Below are positions 1 to 12,950 of a stretch of DNA of 64,000 nt, piece by piece. The notes below the pieces were generated by a model. The model did not search any database, was not told the DNA's origin, and was given only the letters and a program-made list of their open reading frames with translations. The DNA comes from Felis catus. Lineage: Eukaryota. Positions within the stretch are counted from its first letter, which is position 1, and every line of letters starts with the position of its first letter. Where the stretch lies: positions 42,348,001 through 42,412,000 of the forward strand of contig NC_058368.1 of NCBI RefSeq assembly GCF_018350175.1, in the 5' to 3' direction. The position numbers and the translations under genes are program-made.

Positions 1-310
1 TGAAAAGGAAGAGCACAGAGGATTTTTAGACCAGTGAAAAAACTCTGTATGATACTATAATAGTGGGTACATGTCATTACACATTTCTCTAAAGCTATAG
101 AACTTACAAAACCAAGAGTAACCCTAATGTAAAAGATGGACTTTAGGTGACTATGATGTGTCGATGTCTATTCATCAACTATACTAAATGTACCACTCTG
201 GTGAGGGATGTTGATTATGGGGGTGGCTATGCATGTGTGGGGACAGGGGTATATAGGAAATTTCTGTATCTTCCCCTCAATGTTAACTTAAAACTGCTCT
301 AATTATTTTT
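1..310 (+). mobile_element. Old L1 (L1MC-like) 3' UTR fragment, cut by the window start
   Basis: Typical L1M 3'-end motifs: 'actctgtatgatactataatagtgggtacatgtcattacacattt', 'taaatgtaccactctggtgagggatgttgattatggggg', 'atataggaaatttctgtatctt'. Confidence 0.75.
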
Positions 311-363
311 AATTCAAAGCATTCACCTGAATAAGAAACAAGTGATACAACACAGCAGAAATT

Positions 364-445
364 CCATATATATATATTCTTAAATATTATATATATAGCT
401 ATATATAGTTCATTTATATACATATATATACATATATACATACAT
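364..445. repeat. (TA)n/(TACA)n low-complexity tract
   Basis: Visible directly in the sequence. Confidence 0.8.
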
Positions 446-1320
446 GTTACATGTTAAGCATGTTACTATGGTGGTTACAATAATATATACTCAGGACTGT
501 TAATAATAATGGTTTTCTTAGGAAAATATAATCATTCATTAGGAAATAACACAATATCTTTCTTAAAATATAAGTGAGAATAAACCCAATTTCATCTGAA
601 AGCAGTAGAGAAATTCAAATATCCCTTAAATTCAGGCTTGCTCTAAATGTCTACGATTCTATGATTTTTAGATGATGGGTTTTTTTAAGCTGCCTTCATA
701 GTAAGGTAAAAACTATTTACAATAATTTTAGTGCTCCACACCTTTCGCTGCAGAGTCGTGAGGGCAAGCCAGTATTCACAGATGCAGTGGTACATTCAAT
801 GGGATGTTCAGAAATGAACTCCATGGTAATAAAATGAAAACCAGGATGTGAAAAATAGAAGAAAACTGGAAACATATTCGGTATAGATTTGTTAGTGACT
901 CAGAATTGGGAAGCATCAGCAAACAAGATGCAATGGTATGAAGCCCAATGGATAAACTAAAAGTGACACATAGCCTGACCCCCAAATATATGAATAAATA
1001 AACATATCAAATACAAACTCCAATGTCTAACCTATGGAAAAATGTGAAAGAAAAGGAACAAGGCCAGAGGACTATCCCAAGGTAGCTCTTGATCTATTTG
1101 AAAAGGAAGGTTTAAGGATTCAAATATACTATACTTTCTCAAAGATGAGACCAATTCTAAGTTATGTTAGAGGAAAAGGATCACCTCAAATAGTAACATG
1201 AGTTTAAATCCTCATTACTCTAAAGAAAATAAATAACCCCTTCAGTTCTATGTATGTGTGCTTATTAATTGACAGGTGCTATTGTTTTTACTAATATCAA
1301 AATAATCCAGTTGTTTAAAG

Positions 1321-1522
1321 CAGCATTGGTCCAATATAGTTGCTACTAGCCACATGTGGCTATTTAAATTTAAGCTGAGAAAAGTTAAATAAAATTCAAC
1401 AATTAGTTCCTCAATTACACTAGTCACATTTAAAGTGCTCAAGAACCACATCCATCTATTGTATTGGTTAACACACATACAGAACATTTCTACCTCTGCA
1501 GAAAGTTCTTTGAACAGTACTG
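1321..1522 (-). mobile_element. MER3-like hAT-Charlie MITE
   Basis: Reverse-complement match to MER3 ('actagccacatgtggctatttaaattt', 'agaacatttc...gcagaaagttct'); about 200 bp; degenerate 8-bp flanks gtttaaag/ctttaagg. Confidence 0.8.
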
Positions 1523-2249
1523 CTTTAAGGTAATACAGTTTTCTCACATATTCAAATGAATATTTCATAAGGGACACGGCTGTCTGAAATCACAGATAAG
1601 CCCAACATGTAACTATAATAATACTAATTACAACAGAAAAATAAAGAATACAAATATAAGGAAAATGCAACAGGTTTTCTTTTCAGAATAAATGCTATCT
1701 AAAGTCAGAAGTTAAATCAAACTAATTATTTTACCATCAAGGGTTTAATTTGTTCATTTTCTATTTTTATCATTTTTTATGTTTTTATTTTTATCTATTA
1801 AACTTTATTATAGGATTTCACATTTACAGGATAATTACAAATCATGACGGGGGGGGGGTATTAGGTGCTCCTTCATGGCACATACTGTACTTTAAAACTT
1901 GTGCCATTTACTAGTCTGTCTTTACCATCTTTGTAACCCTAGTACCTAGCACGCACACAGTACTTGTTTGTGGAATGAGGGAGACTCTCATCCAGTTCTA
2001 ACAGGAAATCATTCAGCATCTGCTTCAACACTTACATTGGCAAGGGATTTGCCACCTCATAAGGAAAAGCATTCCATTTTTAACAGTTCAGTTAGAAAGA
2101 AGTTTCTTAATTACAAAAACTCCAAATTTACCTGTTATGTAACTTACATTAATCCTACATTTTAGCAGATGAAGTTTAAAAGAAGAAATTTGTTTCTTTT
2201 TCCATATAAAAGCTTTTGAAAACTTGCAGGTGACTATACACTTAACCTA

Positions 2250-2800
2250 CCAACTTGCCTTATAAGGCATCATTTCCAGACGCTTCTTTTTCCTCTTCTA
2301 ATTTCACATCTCTCCAAGTGCAATGTCCAGAACATTACATTATCTACCAATTGGTCTGATCAGTGCAGAGAACTGTGGGAATTACCTCCATGGCTCTGTA
2401 TAGTATACTTCTATTAATGATGCCCAAGATTCCATTAGCTTTTCTTGGCATTCTCATCACAGGATGACTCATAGTCCACTTACAATCAACTGAGTTCCTA
2501 ACTCTTTAAGATGAGATGTTGTCAAATCATGACTCCTTTGTCCTTGGTTCTTTTAGTCGGTTTCTTGTATTTGAGTGGAGGGCTTTATTCCATGCTGATA
2601 GCATGGGCAATGTTGTTTCCATCAGTCAAAATTTTCTAAACCCTTGATTGTGTCAATCATCTAATATATTCTCTATCTTCAGCTTTGTGTTGAGTGCAAA
2701 TTTGATAAGCATAACCTATATGTCTACATCAAAGTCATTGATAAAAATAGACCCAGGGTAAATAAATGCCCATACACAACACTGGAAACCTCTCTCTAAG
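2250..2800 (-). mobile_element. CR1/L3 LINE ORF2 (reverse transcriptase) relic
   Basis: Reverse complement of 2680-2712 reads MLIKFALNTKL, a decayed CR1 RT 'LIKFADDTKL' motif; the flanks resemble L3 ORF2. Confidence 0.65.
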
Positions 2801-4390
2801 ACAGTACTCACACATTACTTTTTTATCACTTATGATATTTTAGGAACCACACATATATGATCTTTAACTTTTAAAGCAACCTTTTAATATACTATCCCTG
2901 ATTGACAGAGAAATAAATGGAAAATGAGAATGATTTCATCAAGAGCTCTTAACCAGGCACTGCCAAAGCTGGAATTACAACTGATACCTTCTCACTCCAA
3001 AGCCTGCCTGTTACCACATCACACAAAGACTCCCTTTAAGTAAAGTTGGATCCTCTTAGACCTAGAATCTATTTATCTATTTCGTTCCCTGAAATATAAT
3101 AAAGACTGTCAAAAGCCATGTTGACATTGCTAATTCATTTCTTTAGCATTCCAGTAAGCTGTCAATCTATTTCTTCAAAGTTAAAAATGAACTTTGTTTG
3201 GCATTTTTGTTACTGTAGATACTTCTCAGTGATTCCATTTCTTTTCCTAAATGTTTGCAACACATCTAATTTTCTGTCTCATACTTTGGTATAAAGGAGT
3301 TAAGTTCATTAATCTATTTTTTTTAATCATTAAACTTTTTTTTTATTTCAGACCTCCCCAAATGCAAATTATATATGTAGACACTTTCTATTTCAATATT
3401 TTATTGCTCATTGTTATGTCCAGAAGCATATAAAGTAATAATAAATTGAAATCAGTACAGTCTAGTGCATACACTTATGTTCATAGCATAAGGTAAAGTC
3501 AGATAAAGTAATACTGTCCTCTTCAATTTCAATATTCTGATTGAGAAATCAAAATTTGACTCTTTTGCCCAGCACTTTCTATGTAAAATAAGACCATGCA
3601 CATCAATTAAATACCCTCTGTTTCAAATAATTTTTCAATAACAAGCACTGACTGATTCACTTTCTAATAATTACTACCAAAAACCTCAGAATAACTGTGC
3701 TTTGACCTAAGGCATCTAAAATGGTATTTTCGTTATATTCTATGTTCATAGATATACACAGAATCAACTATAGAAGCTAAATCTATTCTTCTGAGTACCA
3801 GCTATTAGATATTTCTTCTTATATAATACTGAGATGGAGCGTATACATACTCTTGAGGCATAATTAGCTTCCCTTTACCTTTTTGAGAGCAGAAGTTAAT
3901 TGCAAAAGTGCTTCCTGGAAAAATCATAGGTTTTAAAATAATCATATTGATAACAATGACATTTTAGCTCCTGGTTATATGTCCAAAGTATTTGCATATA
4001 TGTATGCTATTAAGACATCATTCTATACCCAGTTCTCCTTTTACTCTTTTCTACAATTATAAACATATACTCTCTGAAATAGAAAATAGAGAAGCGAATC
4101 TGCCTTACATATTCTTGCAAAGGAAAACTAGATTATCTCACACCTATGAAAGTTGTTCCAGGTCGACGCTTCTTGAAACTGATTAGAATTTCAGAAAATC
4201 TGAATGGATAACAAATAGAGATAGTGTGATGATTATTACTGTCACATAATTTTCACTGCAGAAGAACGTAAAAACTAATTTGTTGAAATGTGTAGCATTA
4301 TGTGGAGTTACATGCATACTGAGAATAACAAGCGATGAGGCATTTCTTTCGCAGCCCAAACGAAAAATATTAAGTTAAAAAAAGGCTTAC

Positions 4391-4570
4391 CAGCCCCATT
4401 TCTCACACTTGCCCAGCTGACTACTCTTGAGTTCTCAGTCTGGGTCCCCTCTGGCTAATGAAACTGATCTTAACATTTTCAGAGATTACAGGAGTGTTCC
4501 AGGCAGTGAGGTTTACATTATTCCCCACATCATCCCCTCCTCCATTATGGTTACAAGTCTCTGAGGACAT
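4391..4570 (-). other. Candidate exon (alternative first or 5'-leader exon) of an unidentified minus-strand host gene
   Basis: Strong donor CTG|GTAAGC (intron begins at 4390); possible acceptor poly-T+AAAG|ATG at 4571; non-repetitive; ends with ATG GGG CTG in good Kozak context (gaaATGG). Confidence 0.55.
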
Positions 4571-4599
4571 CTTTAAAAAAAAAAAAGTTGGCCTGTATC

Positions 4600-4780
4600 G
4601 AATTCTTCTGTCTAGCCTATAATGATCAGTGTCAGAATTGCCGGCTACTCAGTCTAATTGTTTGGCCGTCTTATCTATGCAGATCACTGCGCAATAATGT
4701 CAGTCACAGATATTGATCAAAGGGGGCCAAGTTGTCCAGATCTTCCGCTAAGCATGAGATCAAGCTTTCTAATCACAGAA
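4600..4780 (-). promoter_or_regulatory. Candidate promoter/enhancer with clustered TF motifs
   Basis: GATA AGATAAG (4670-4676, -), C/EBP-like ATTGCGCAGT (4686-4695, -), TGACTGACA (4698-4706, -), TATTGAT (4711-4717), TCF/LEF GATCAAAGG (4715-4723); several retained CpGs. Confidence 0.5.
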
Positions 4781-5843
4781 CTGCAGATCTGAAGTGTGTT
4801 TGGATGAATTTTATGTGTTTTTAGAATCTTTCTCCTTTTAAGTAGCAGTACAATAGGGTGGAATTGTCATCTAAAACTAGCATGATTCACAGGCCTTCAG
4901 TGCAGAGAACTGTCAGGATACTTCTATAGATTACAATAATGTATATCACAAAGGATACACGATTGTGTTATTCATATGTGTAATCACCCATAGACTGACT
5001 AGAAATAACAGTAGTCTTATTATGCAAACAGCAGTCCATAATATGCAAATGAACATAAACAAAACCAAACACAAACCTCCAGAATAATGTTTACTGATGT
5101 GTCCTTAAAAAATCCCTGCCTTAAAACCACATTTTTCCTATCTTCTCAAAAACATTAAATAAGATCAAGGATGAATGCATGGAAAAGTTTATGCTTTCTC
5201 TCTTGCATTTTTGAAAAGGAACTACAATATAATCTTATTCTGATTATTTGATTTATATTCTCCCAAGGCCATTACTGCCTCCTGGCATCATTATATGCTT
5301 GTGTAAGGTTTATATGGTGTCTCTTTTAATTGCTTAAACTAATCTATTCAATGACTGCAAATCTAATGCACACTGGAACAGGCAGCCCATAAATTCCATC
5401 CTTCAGATGTGTCCTTGAACATGTGTTTGTCCTGATGAAGAGCAGAAACAAAACAAGAGTAATAAAAATGGGAGAAAGCCCTTTCAAACAATACATCCAA
5501 GAGATCTTAGAAGCCCAAAAGATATTTTAGATGAAAGGAGTAAAAACTAAATAGCTTCTTGCTTTTTTTGCATTTTATAAGGAACCATTCTAATTACATT
5601 ATTGTTAAGACTTCAGGCTACCCTTAAACAATAGTGTATTACACTAAAAGATAACATTAGGTCATTACGTATGATCTTAATACAATTGATGTAATATAAA
5701 TTTTGTTTTAGGTATATAATCTCCATTGAGGGCAAATGTTCTTAATACCAAGGAGGAAAACCATGTTAGGTTATTATGATTATTTATCTCCCAAGCTTAT
5801 GCTATTTCACACTGATTATGGAGAACTCCACCTGAAAGAATTG

Positions 5844-5845
<2 letters not shown>

Positions 5846-5877
<32 letters not shown>
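5846..5877. repeat. (CA)n microsatellite
   Basis: Perfect CA run. Confidence 0.95.
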
Positions 5878-5880
<3 letters not shown>

Positions 5881-7551
5881 CACAATGCAAGAAATCAAAT
5901 TACTTATACACGGTAACTGCTCTAGTTCTTAGAAATAGAATTGCTAAAAGATCTCCAAACCTGGATTCTCTTCCATGTTTAACAGACTAATCATGTCTTC
6001 CTACCAAATGCAGACACAAGTAGTGGTAGAAGGAGAATGAGAGACAATTGCCGTTAAACAAAAGAAAAAAATAATTTGCTTTCAAAAGTATATTTTTCAC
6101 ATGCTATGCTTTTTATTTTTATGGCTTTTCCTAACCTTGCAATATAAACTAGTGTTGAATCCTGAAAGGGATAATGACTTACATGATGAAAACTGTATGT
6201 TTGCAGTCATTTCTGCTTAAGAAAAGGCTTCTGCTACTCTATTCCCCAAGCATATTTGCAATACTACAGTTTTTCTCAAAATACTAGAGCACAGTTTACA
6301 ATAGTCCTGAAATCATTAATTTGTGGCTTTGTTGTTGAGATCAATGGCTGTTTCCAAAAACATCCATCTGAAATCCTGGTTCACGGTCTCATTTATTTTT
6401 CACAAGAATGGTTTCACACAGTTCTAATCTCCATTACACTGATACAGAAATTCCAAACCTGGCTTTGCCAAACAAGTTTCAAGATCAACTTGAGTCACTG
6501 GTAGTTCTAACAGAAACTTAAGCTTTATGATTTACACTTATGCTACCATCCTTCCTTAATAGTAAGATAAGACAAGGAAATAAAGCTAAGTTAGAAGATT
6601 GGTCACTGTCTTTTCTTTGTCCATGCTTTGTATATAAAAATTCATCTGGTATTAGTAAATAGATAATAAGCCTCAGGCAATTCCTTTCTTGGCCTTTTTT
6701 TTTTTTTCATGTAGTATGCCCATCCCCTTTCCAATCAAACTCTATCTAGTATTACTGGTTGTATCTATCCCCTAAAACTGCTACTTTAGTTCTTTGGTAT
6801 TCAATGAATTGTAGTTATCATTGGGGGGAATTACCCCTCTGAGTAGCTCTGTGTTCTGTTCTTCATTCTGGCTTCCCCAGTCATAGTCCTTGCATCCAAC
6901 TCCTTAGTACTCTCCTCCTTTCCTAATTCCCATCACTCATGTAGTAAATGCTATAGGATCTTCTGAAATATTGCTTTGGTCCTCTGGAATTCTAAAGGCT
7001 CATCTTTATCCTTTTTACCCCTTATCAAGATGTAAGTTGTTACAATCAAGAACAAGAGCAAACTCCCAAATAACGAGACAGTACACCACAGCTATTTTAT
7101 TAAAAGAAATGCACAGGAGATTGGGTTGTGTTGCACAGTAAGCTGTTAAAGGAAAGAAACGGTATGTATGAGCCGTAAGGTATAGTAGTGAAAGAGGAAG
7201 AGGACAGACTGACACCAGAAGTCCTCAAAGAAAAAGGAAGAAGCGACAGGATGGTGTCCTAGACCAATGGTTCAATCTATTTTGATCACATAATTCAACC
7301 AATTTTAAAAATAAGATAGAAACATGGACTGACTATATGTAAGTATCCATTTTCAATTATATCCATGTATTTACATTGTTAGCTAATTTATCAAGACATA
7401 ATAAACCTTGGGTAAAATTCATCATTAATAACAGATAATGTAACACCTGATTTCAAATATCTTTTACATTTTTCATTTTTATGACTTCTTATCAGATCAG
7501 ACAAATCATCAGTTTCAAAAATACAGCATATCTGATGTAAAGCTTATTCTA

Positions 7552-7765
7552 GGGGTCCCTGGGTATCTCAGTCGGTTAAGCATCGGTCTCTTGGTTTCGG
7601 CTCAGGTCATGATCTCACAGTTCATGAGTTCGAGCCCTGTGTCGGCAGCATTGGCAGAGTGGAGCCTGCTTGGGATTCTCTCTCTCCCTTTCTCTCTGCT
7701 CCCCTCCCCTGCTCATGCTCTCTCTCTCTCTCCCTCTCAAAATAAATAAACATTTTGAAAAAAAT
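7552..7765 (+). mobile_element. Can-SINE (SINEC)
   Basis: tRNA-like head, (CT)n, AATAAA and A tail; TSD GCTTATTCTA at 7542-7551 and 7766-7775. Confidence 0.95.
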
Positions 7766-9319
7766 GCTTATTCTAGGAGCAGACAAGTTATTTTCTTAAT
7801 GTTTGTTTGCACTTACTTTCAGTATGTTCAATTATCAGTTATGTGCTTTGTCCATTTGAACACGAACACATGTCCACTTGCTGAGGATTAGTTTAGTTAT
7901 AATGGAATAATATAAGCGCTGTTTCAGATAAAAGGAGTAAACATTTCACATCATAGTGAAAGCAAATGCATGACTAATGATGCCACTCTTTATCTTTCCA
8001 TGCTATCGTTCTGCTACCCTTCCCTCAAAATACCTATTAAAGGTGTATATGACCACAATAACCTTGGTGATGGAGCTAAGTCTTAATTTATATATTAAAT
8101 ATTAGAAGGTTAAACATTATTTATTTTAAGAAAAAAATGAATTTCTAATATGTTTCCTTACACTACAATGCATCGTATCAATCTCTCCTGGGAAATGATA
8201 AAGCCCCCACTTTAGAGGTTACTGTTATAAAGGAGTCTCTGTAAGGGACTGCTATAGAAAAGAAAATCCCATTCTGTTTTCCCTAAGCCAACCCCATTCT
8301 CTTCCTCCTTCTCTATTTACAATCCTTTTCTAGAGCCTTTTGATGCCTACCTTAGTCAACTTCCTGCTGTAAGCTACCAGCTTGAGAGGAAGGATACTTG
8401 ACTCCATTTGTGTAGAAATTGGATTATATAAGAAGTAGGGAAATTAAAGTCCATAGCTGAGGGGAAGACAATCTTCATAACCCATTTTGAACTTCTGAAA
8501 GCATTTTCCACATAGCAATCATGTATCAGCAGACATTCTACAGAGCTTTTTCTGGAGGTAATTTATGGGCAAATTATTTGTGAGCTAGTCTGTTTACCTA
8601 ACCTCTTCTTAAAACATATTGTTTCTATAACAAAACATCTTTCTAATTTCAAACAATTGACCTTAACCACATATTTTGGAAACAAAATCCATTCATAAAT
8701 GACAAATTACAAATGTAGAGATTTCCAGGTCTTATGCCAACTGAGAGTCTAAAGCAGCTCTAAAGCGAAATTTTCTATTGGGAAGTTTAATTATGAGCGA
8801 CTGAACATGCAGTACAGTGTGAACTGTTCACCTTATCTGCAACAGTGTTATGACATAACCTGGTTTAAATAAGACAGTTGTAACCACATAGTAGTTAAAT
8901 GACTTTTCATATGACACTAATAAAAGCCTGTCTGATGTTAGAGATGCTCAGGCTTTTACTCCTTTGTTTATTTTGAGAATATTAACCACTGTACTAAACT
9001 AATAAAAGAAAATTGTGGGTTTAAAATTTCCATTTAAAAGTCCGTATCTCTGCCATGAACTAGGATGATAAATGCCTATAAAGTATCTCCATCTTATTAG
9101 AGTTTATAATGAACAGAAGAGACACAGATAGGCCATGCTACTGAACAAAAAAATATAAATAACCTCAAATTATTGAATTATAGCAATCATAATTATTTCT
9201 ACAACCATAAAGTTTTCTCAGTAGAAGAGATATGAATAAACTATAAATTATTTGGGGGAGGAACACCAATCCATTCTAATGTCAAGTTATCTCAATGGAT
9301 TTTTTACTAATATAAGAAT

Positions 9320-9514
9320 TAATAATAATTACTACCCTGACCAACACTTATGTGTTAGACACCGCCCTACATGCTTTATATGCATGGAGTTACTTAATCC
9401 AAAACCCATCTCATAAGGTAGATTGGTATTATTATTTCCATTTAATCAACAGGGAAACAAAAGCAAAGGTATAAGTATCTTACCCAAGGGCATGTGCTTT
9501 TAACCACTTTGCTG
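9320..9514 (-). mobile_element. MIR SINE fragment
   Basis: Reverse MIR core ('attattatttccatttaa...gggaaacaaaagca', 'gtgcttttaaccact'). Confidence 0.65.
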
Positions 9515-9683
9515 ATACAAAATAACTACTGTTTAGGAAGTTGAAGGCTATTTCTGAGAAGTCCAAGACAATTCATTCGATATTGAACATTTTACTTAGA
9601 GCAGTGATACAGGAGGTAGGTGGAACAGGGGACAAAGAAATTAAAGAATCACTCAATAGGTATTTCTATATTCATTAATGTTC

Positions 9684-9860
9684 TCATTCAGCAAACCTTT
9701 ATCAAGTGCACCCTATGTGCCAGGAACTAGATAACTAGGTGCCAGGAATACAAAAATAATGTACTTGACCTTGGGGAGATCTCAGTATAGTAAAGGAAAT
9801 AGAAATAATTGCCATAAGATATGGTAAGAGGCAATATATTTATAAACCAAGTGCTATGAT
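9684..9860 (-). mobile_element. L2 3' end fragment
   Basis: 'cattcagcaaacctttatcaagtgcaccctatgtgccaggaactag...ggaatacaaaa' resembles the reversed L2 tail. Confidence 0.6.
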
Positions 9861-10328
9861 ATCATCCCCTTCCAAAAGCAACTTTACAATGAGTGAAAAG
9901 TAATATATTTCTAAGTAAAATTATGTGGAAGAGCAATTCAATAATCAGTGTGATTTAGTTAATCACATGAAAGTCGGTAAGAGGTGAGTTTTTGCTACAT
10001 TTTTTTTAAAGAATGAGAAACTGAGATTGGGAGAGAGAAAGGAGGCATTGAAAAAAATACTTATTTTGAAAGATAGGACATGTACAAAGTGAGACAGGAG
10101 GTATTCCCTTTGTCCTTTGAGGAAAAATATGCAAAGTAGCTATTGCCTACTGTCTACTTCAATCAATCTAATGAATATCCTTCAATCCTAAAATCTCCTC
10201 ACTAGCAAACTGCATTTCAGTTACGAGCAATTAATTTTCCAGTTTTTTTCCAGTTTTAAATATTGGAGAAAGAAATGATTATTCATCTTAAAAAATTAAC
10301 AGAAAAATGTAGAAGATACAGTACTTAC

Positions 10329-10344
10329 TTATAAAGCAGTCCAT
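10329..10344 (-). other. Candidate 16-nt microexon ATGGACTGCTTTATAA
   Basis: tttatgtgttccttag|exon|gtaagt on the minus strand; motif evidence only. Confidence 0.2.
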
Positions 10345-12546
10345 CTAAGGAACACATAAACAAGAGATGTATTTAAAGTTCTACTAGGTAGCTCTTACAT
10401 GAACATAATTTGAGGAGGACTATACAGGCCCTTTGGCTAAAACTCATTTCCTCTATGGCATCTCTCAGTGCCTGAAATTTTACTGGTAAAATAATTTCTT
10501 TAGTTTCAAATGATTTTTGGTTTCATGAATAAACTGTAGATCCCCTTGGGCAAGAAATACACCTTATTCCCAAGCATATTGTATTTTACCAGGAGTAGCA
10601 ATTAAGTAAACCTGACAAAGCTGAGAACCAATATGGACAACAGAAGTCAATATTTAGGCAACATAGGCAATGCCAAGTTTGGGGGAATGTCCTTTAAGCT
10701 GAAGTCAGGGAAGGTGGGAAAACCGAATACAAACTGCCATTTGTCATTTATATGTCCTACATCCTGTCCAGCATATTACATTGTATCTGTTATCTATTAT
10801 CAATTAACAGTAAAAGAACAAATATCAGGTCTTGGGGAGTGAAGAGAGTTTACCCTTTTTTCTATCTATAGATCCATCTGCACTATCTTTTTTTTTTTTT
10901 AATTTTATAGTTCTTGAGAATGAAGACGAAAACAAAATGAGACATCTATTTTGGAAATTTGAACCTAATTTTTCATTTTTCTTTTCCATTTGAACTTTTT
11001 CCAGATTCTCAAAAGTGGACCGTGGCTCCCAACCCCAGGGATCCAAACACCTGATCTGTCACATTTAAATGACTTGTTGGGAGTGTCTTATCCCTTTACT
11101 CACTGGAAACCTGTAATGGGTTTGGGGTGTGTCATTTTGTTCTCATTCTGCTAATGTATGTCTGAGCTCTTTATACTTCCCCCTAGGAAATAATTCATAA
11201 ATAATATTTCACTCTTCTTGAACAGTATACCTCTCTCTACCTGTAGAATATATACATCTATATGTTTGCCACTCAGAGGATCTTGTCTAATTTCATAGGA
11301 AGAAGACAAATCTTGCTTGCAGGGTATTTAGAATACAGTGATGACAGCCTATATGCCAACTTCACAAGCACTGCAGCCTGAATCATAGACTGTGCTCTAA
11401 GCGGCAGCATATGGCTAGAGAGTCATAGCAGCAGGAAAGTGTGGCAGTGCCCAGATCACAGCTGTAGGCACACAAAGGAAATTTTGATGCTGTTATCCAT
11501 ATTCCTCCTTCTCATCAACAACAAAAAGGATGACTACTTAAGATTCTGTTGTCTTAAAGGCTTTATTAAGTTATTGCCCAAGGTAGGAAAGGGATATTAT
11601 TGTCTACATATGTTTGCCAGAATCATGCAGCTTCTCTATTCTGGCTTTCCTAGCAGGTGTCTCTTTAAGTACTTATTCTAAATGGAACACAACTGGGAGA
11701 CATCAGAAAGGGCACTGTTGACAACTGTCATAGCAGGCTCCAGCTTGAATGGTAACTGAGCAGAAGGTCTCTCTCCAGCGTACTTCAGATCATCCTAATA
11801 GCAGCATCATTTCCACTAGGAACCCAGCTTCTACCAGAAAGGAGTGCTGGGAAATAGTGCTTCTGGTGAAATCTGATCTCCTCAGTGGAAATGGTCCATG
11901 CCACCAGATTTCCTACAGAAAATAGCTATAGAGCAATGAAAAGAACCCTGATTTTAAAGGCAAAATTACAATAGTTGAATGAAACACATAACCCACATAT
12001 ATGTCAACACTGATAAGTGAAAATATGTTAAGTTAATGTTTATTCATACCTGTTGATCCCTTAATGTACTCTAAAACCTTTTCACAACACAAATGGAAAG
12101 AAAACACTAAAACTATCCAACATTCCCATTAAAATAACATAAAAAGATTAGGTTACCAAAGATAAAAACAATGATTTAGATAAATACATTCAGGTATTTG
12201 ATATTTATTTTTTATCTTACATTATTATCTCTATTAATCTTTAGGTTATGTTATTATCGCTATTATTGTTGCTGTCATTACCCATAAAAGAACAGGAGAC
12301 TTATTTTCAGAAGGTGAAATTTAAGAATACATTTAAATGATAATTTTCAGCTAGAGCTTGTAAGATATTTAGGGTAAAGTTGCTCTGCAAACCAAATATG
12401 GAGAAAGAAAACAACAACACAGATTTTCTTCTTATGCAGTATTATCCATCTGCAAAATAAAAGCTACTATAATTTCTGCATGATAACAAAAAAACGGTTA
12501 ATATTACATAGCATGCTTTATTACAATTTCTGAAAGGTACCTGTTA

Positions 12547-12771
12547 GGGGTGCCTGGGTGGCTCAGTCGGTTGGGTGGCTGACTTTGGCTCAGGTCATGA
12601 TCTTACGGTCCGTTAGTCTGTGAGTTCAAGCCCCATGTCGGGCTCTGTGCTGACAGCTCAGAGCCTGGAGCCTGCCTTGAGTTCTGTGTCTCCCTCTCTC
12701 TCTCTGTACCTCCTCTACTAGCACTCTGTCTCTCTCTCTCTCAAAGATAAATAAACATTAAAAAATTTTTT
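12547..12771 (+). mobile_element. Can-SINE (felid type)
   Basis: Full SINE body; perfect 16-bp TSD TGAAAGGTACCTGTTA at 12531-12546 and 12772-12787. Confidence 0.97.
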
Positions 12772-12950
12772 TGAAAGGTACCTGTTATACATATGTATTT
12801 GTTCATAAAGTGAAATATATTATCAGACAATAACATGTATTCCTATTTTAATCTTTCCACATCATCTACAAAACATATCTATCTAGTCTTCATCTATAGA
12901 AGTTAATCATAGATCAGAAACCCATACATATATTGCTTTTTCCTTATTTT

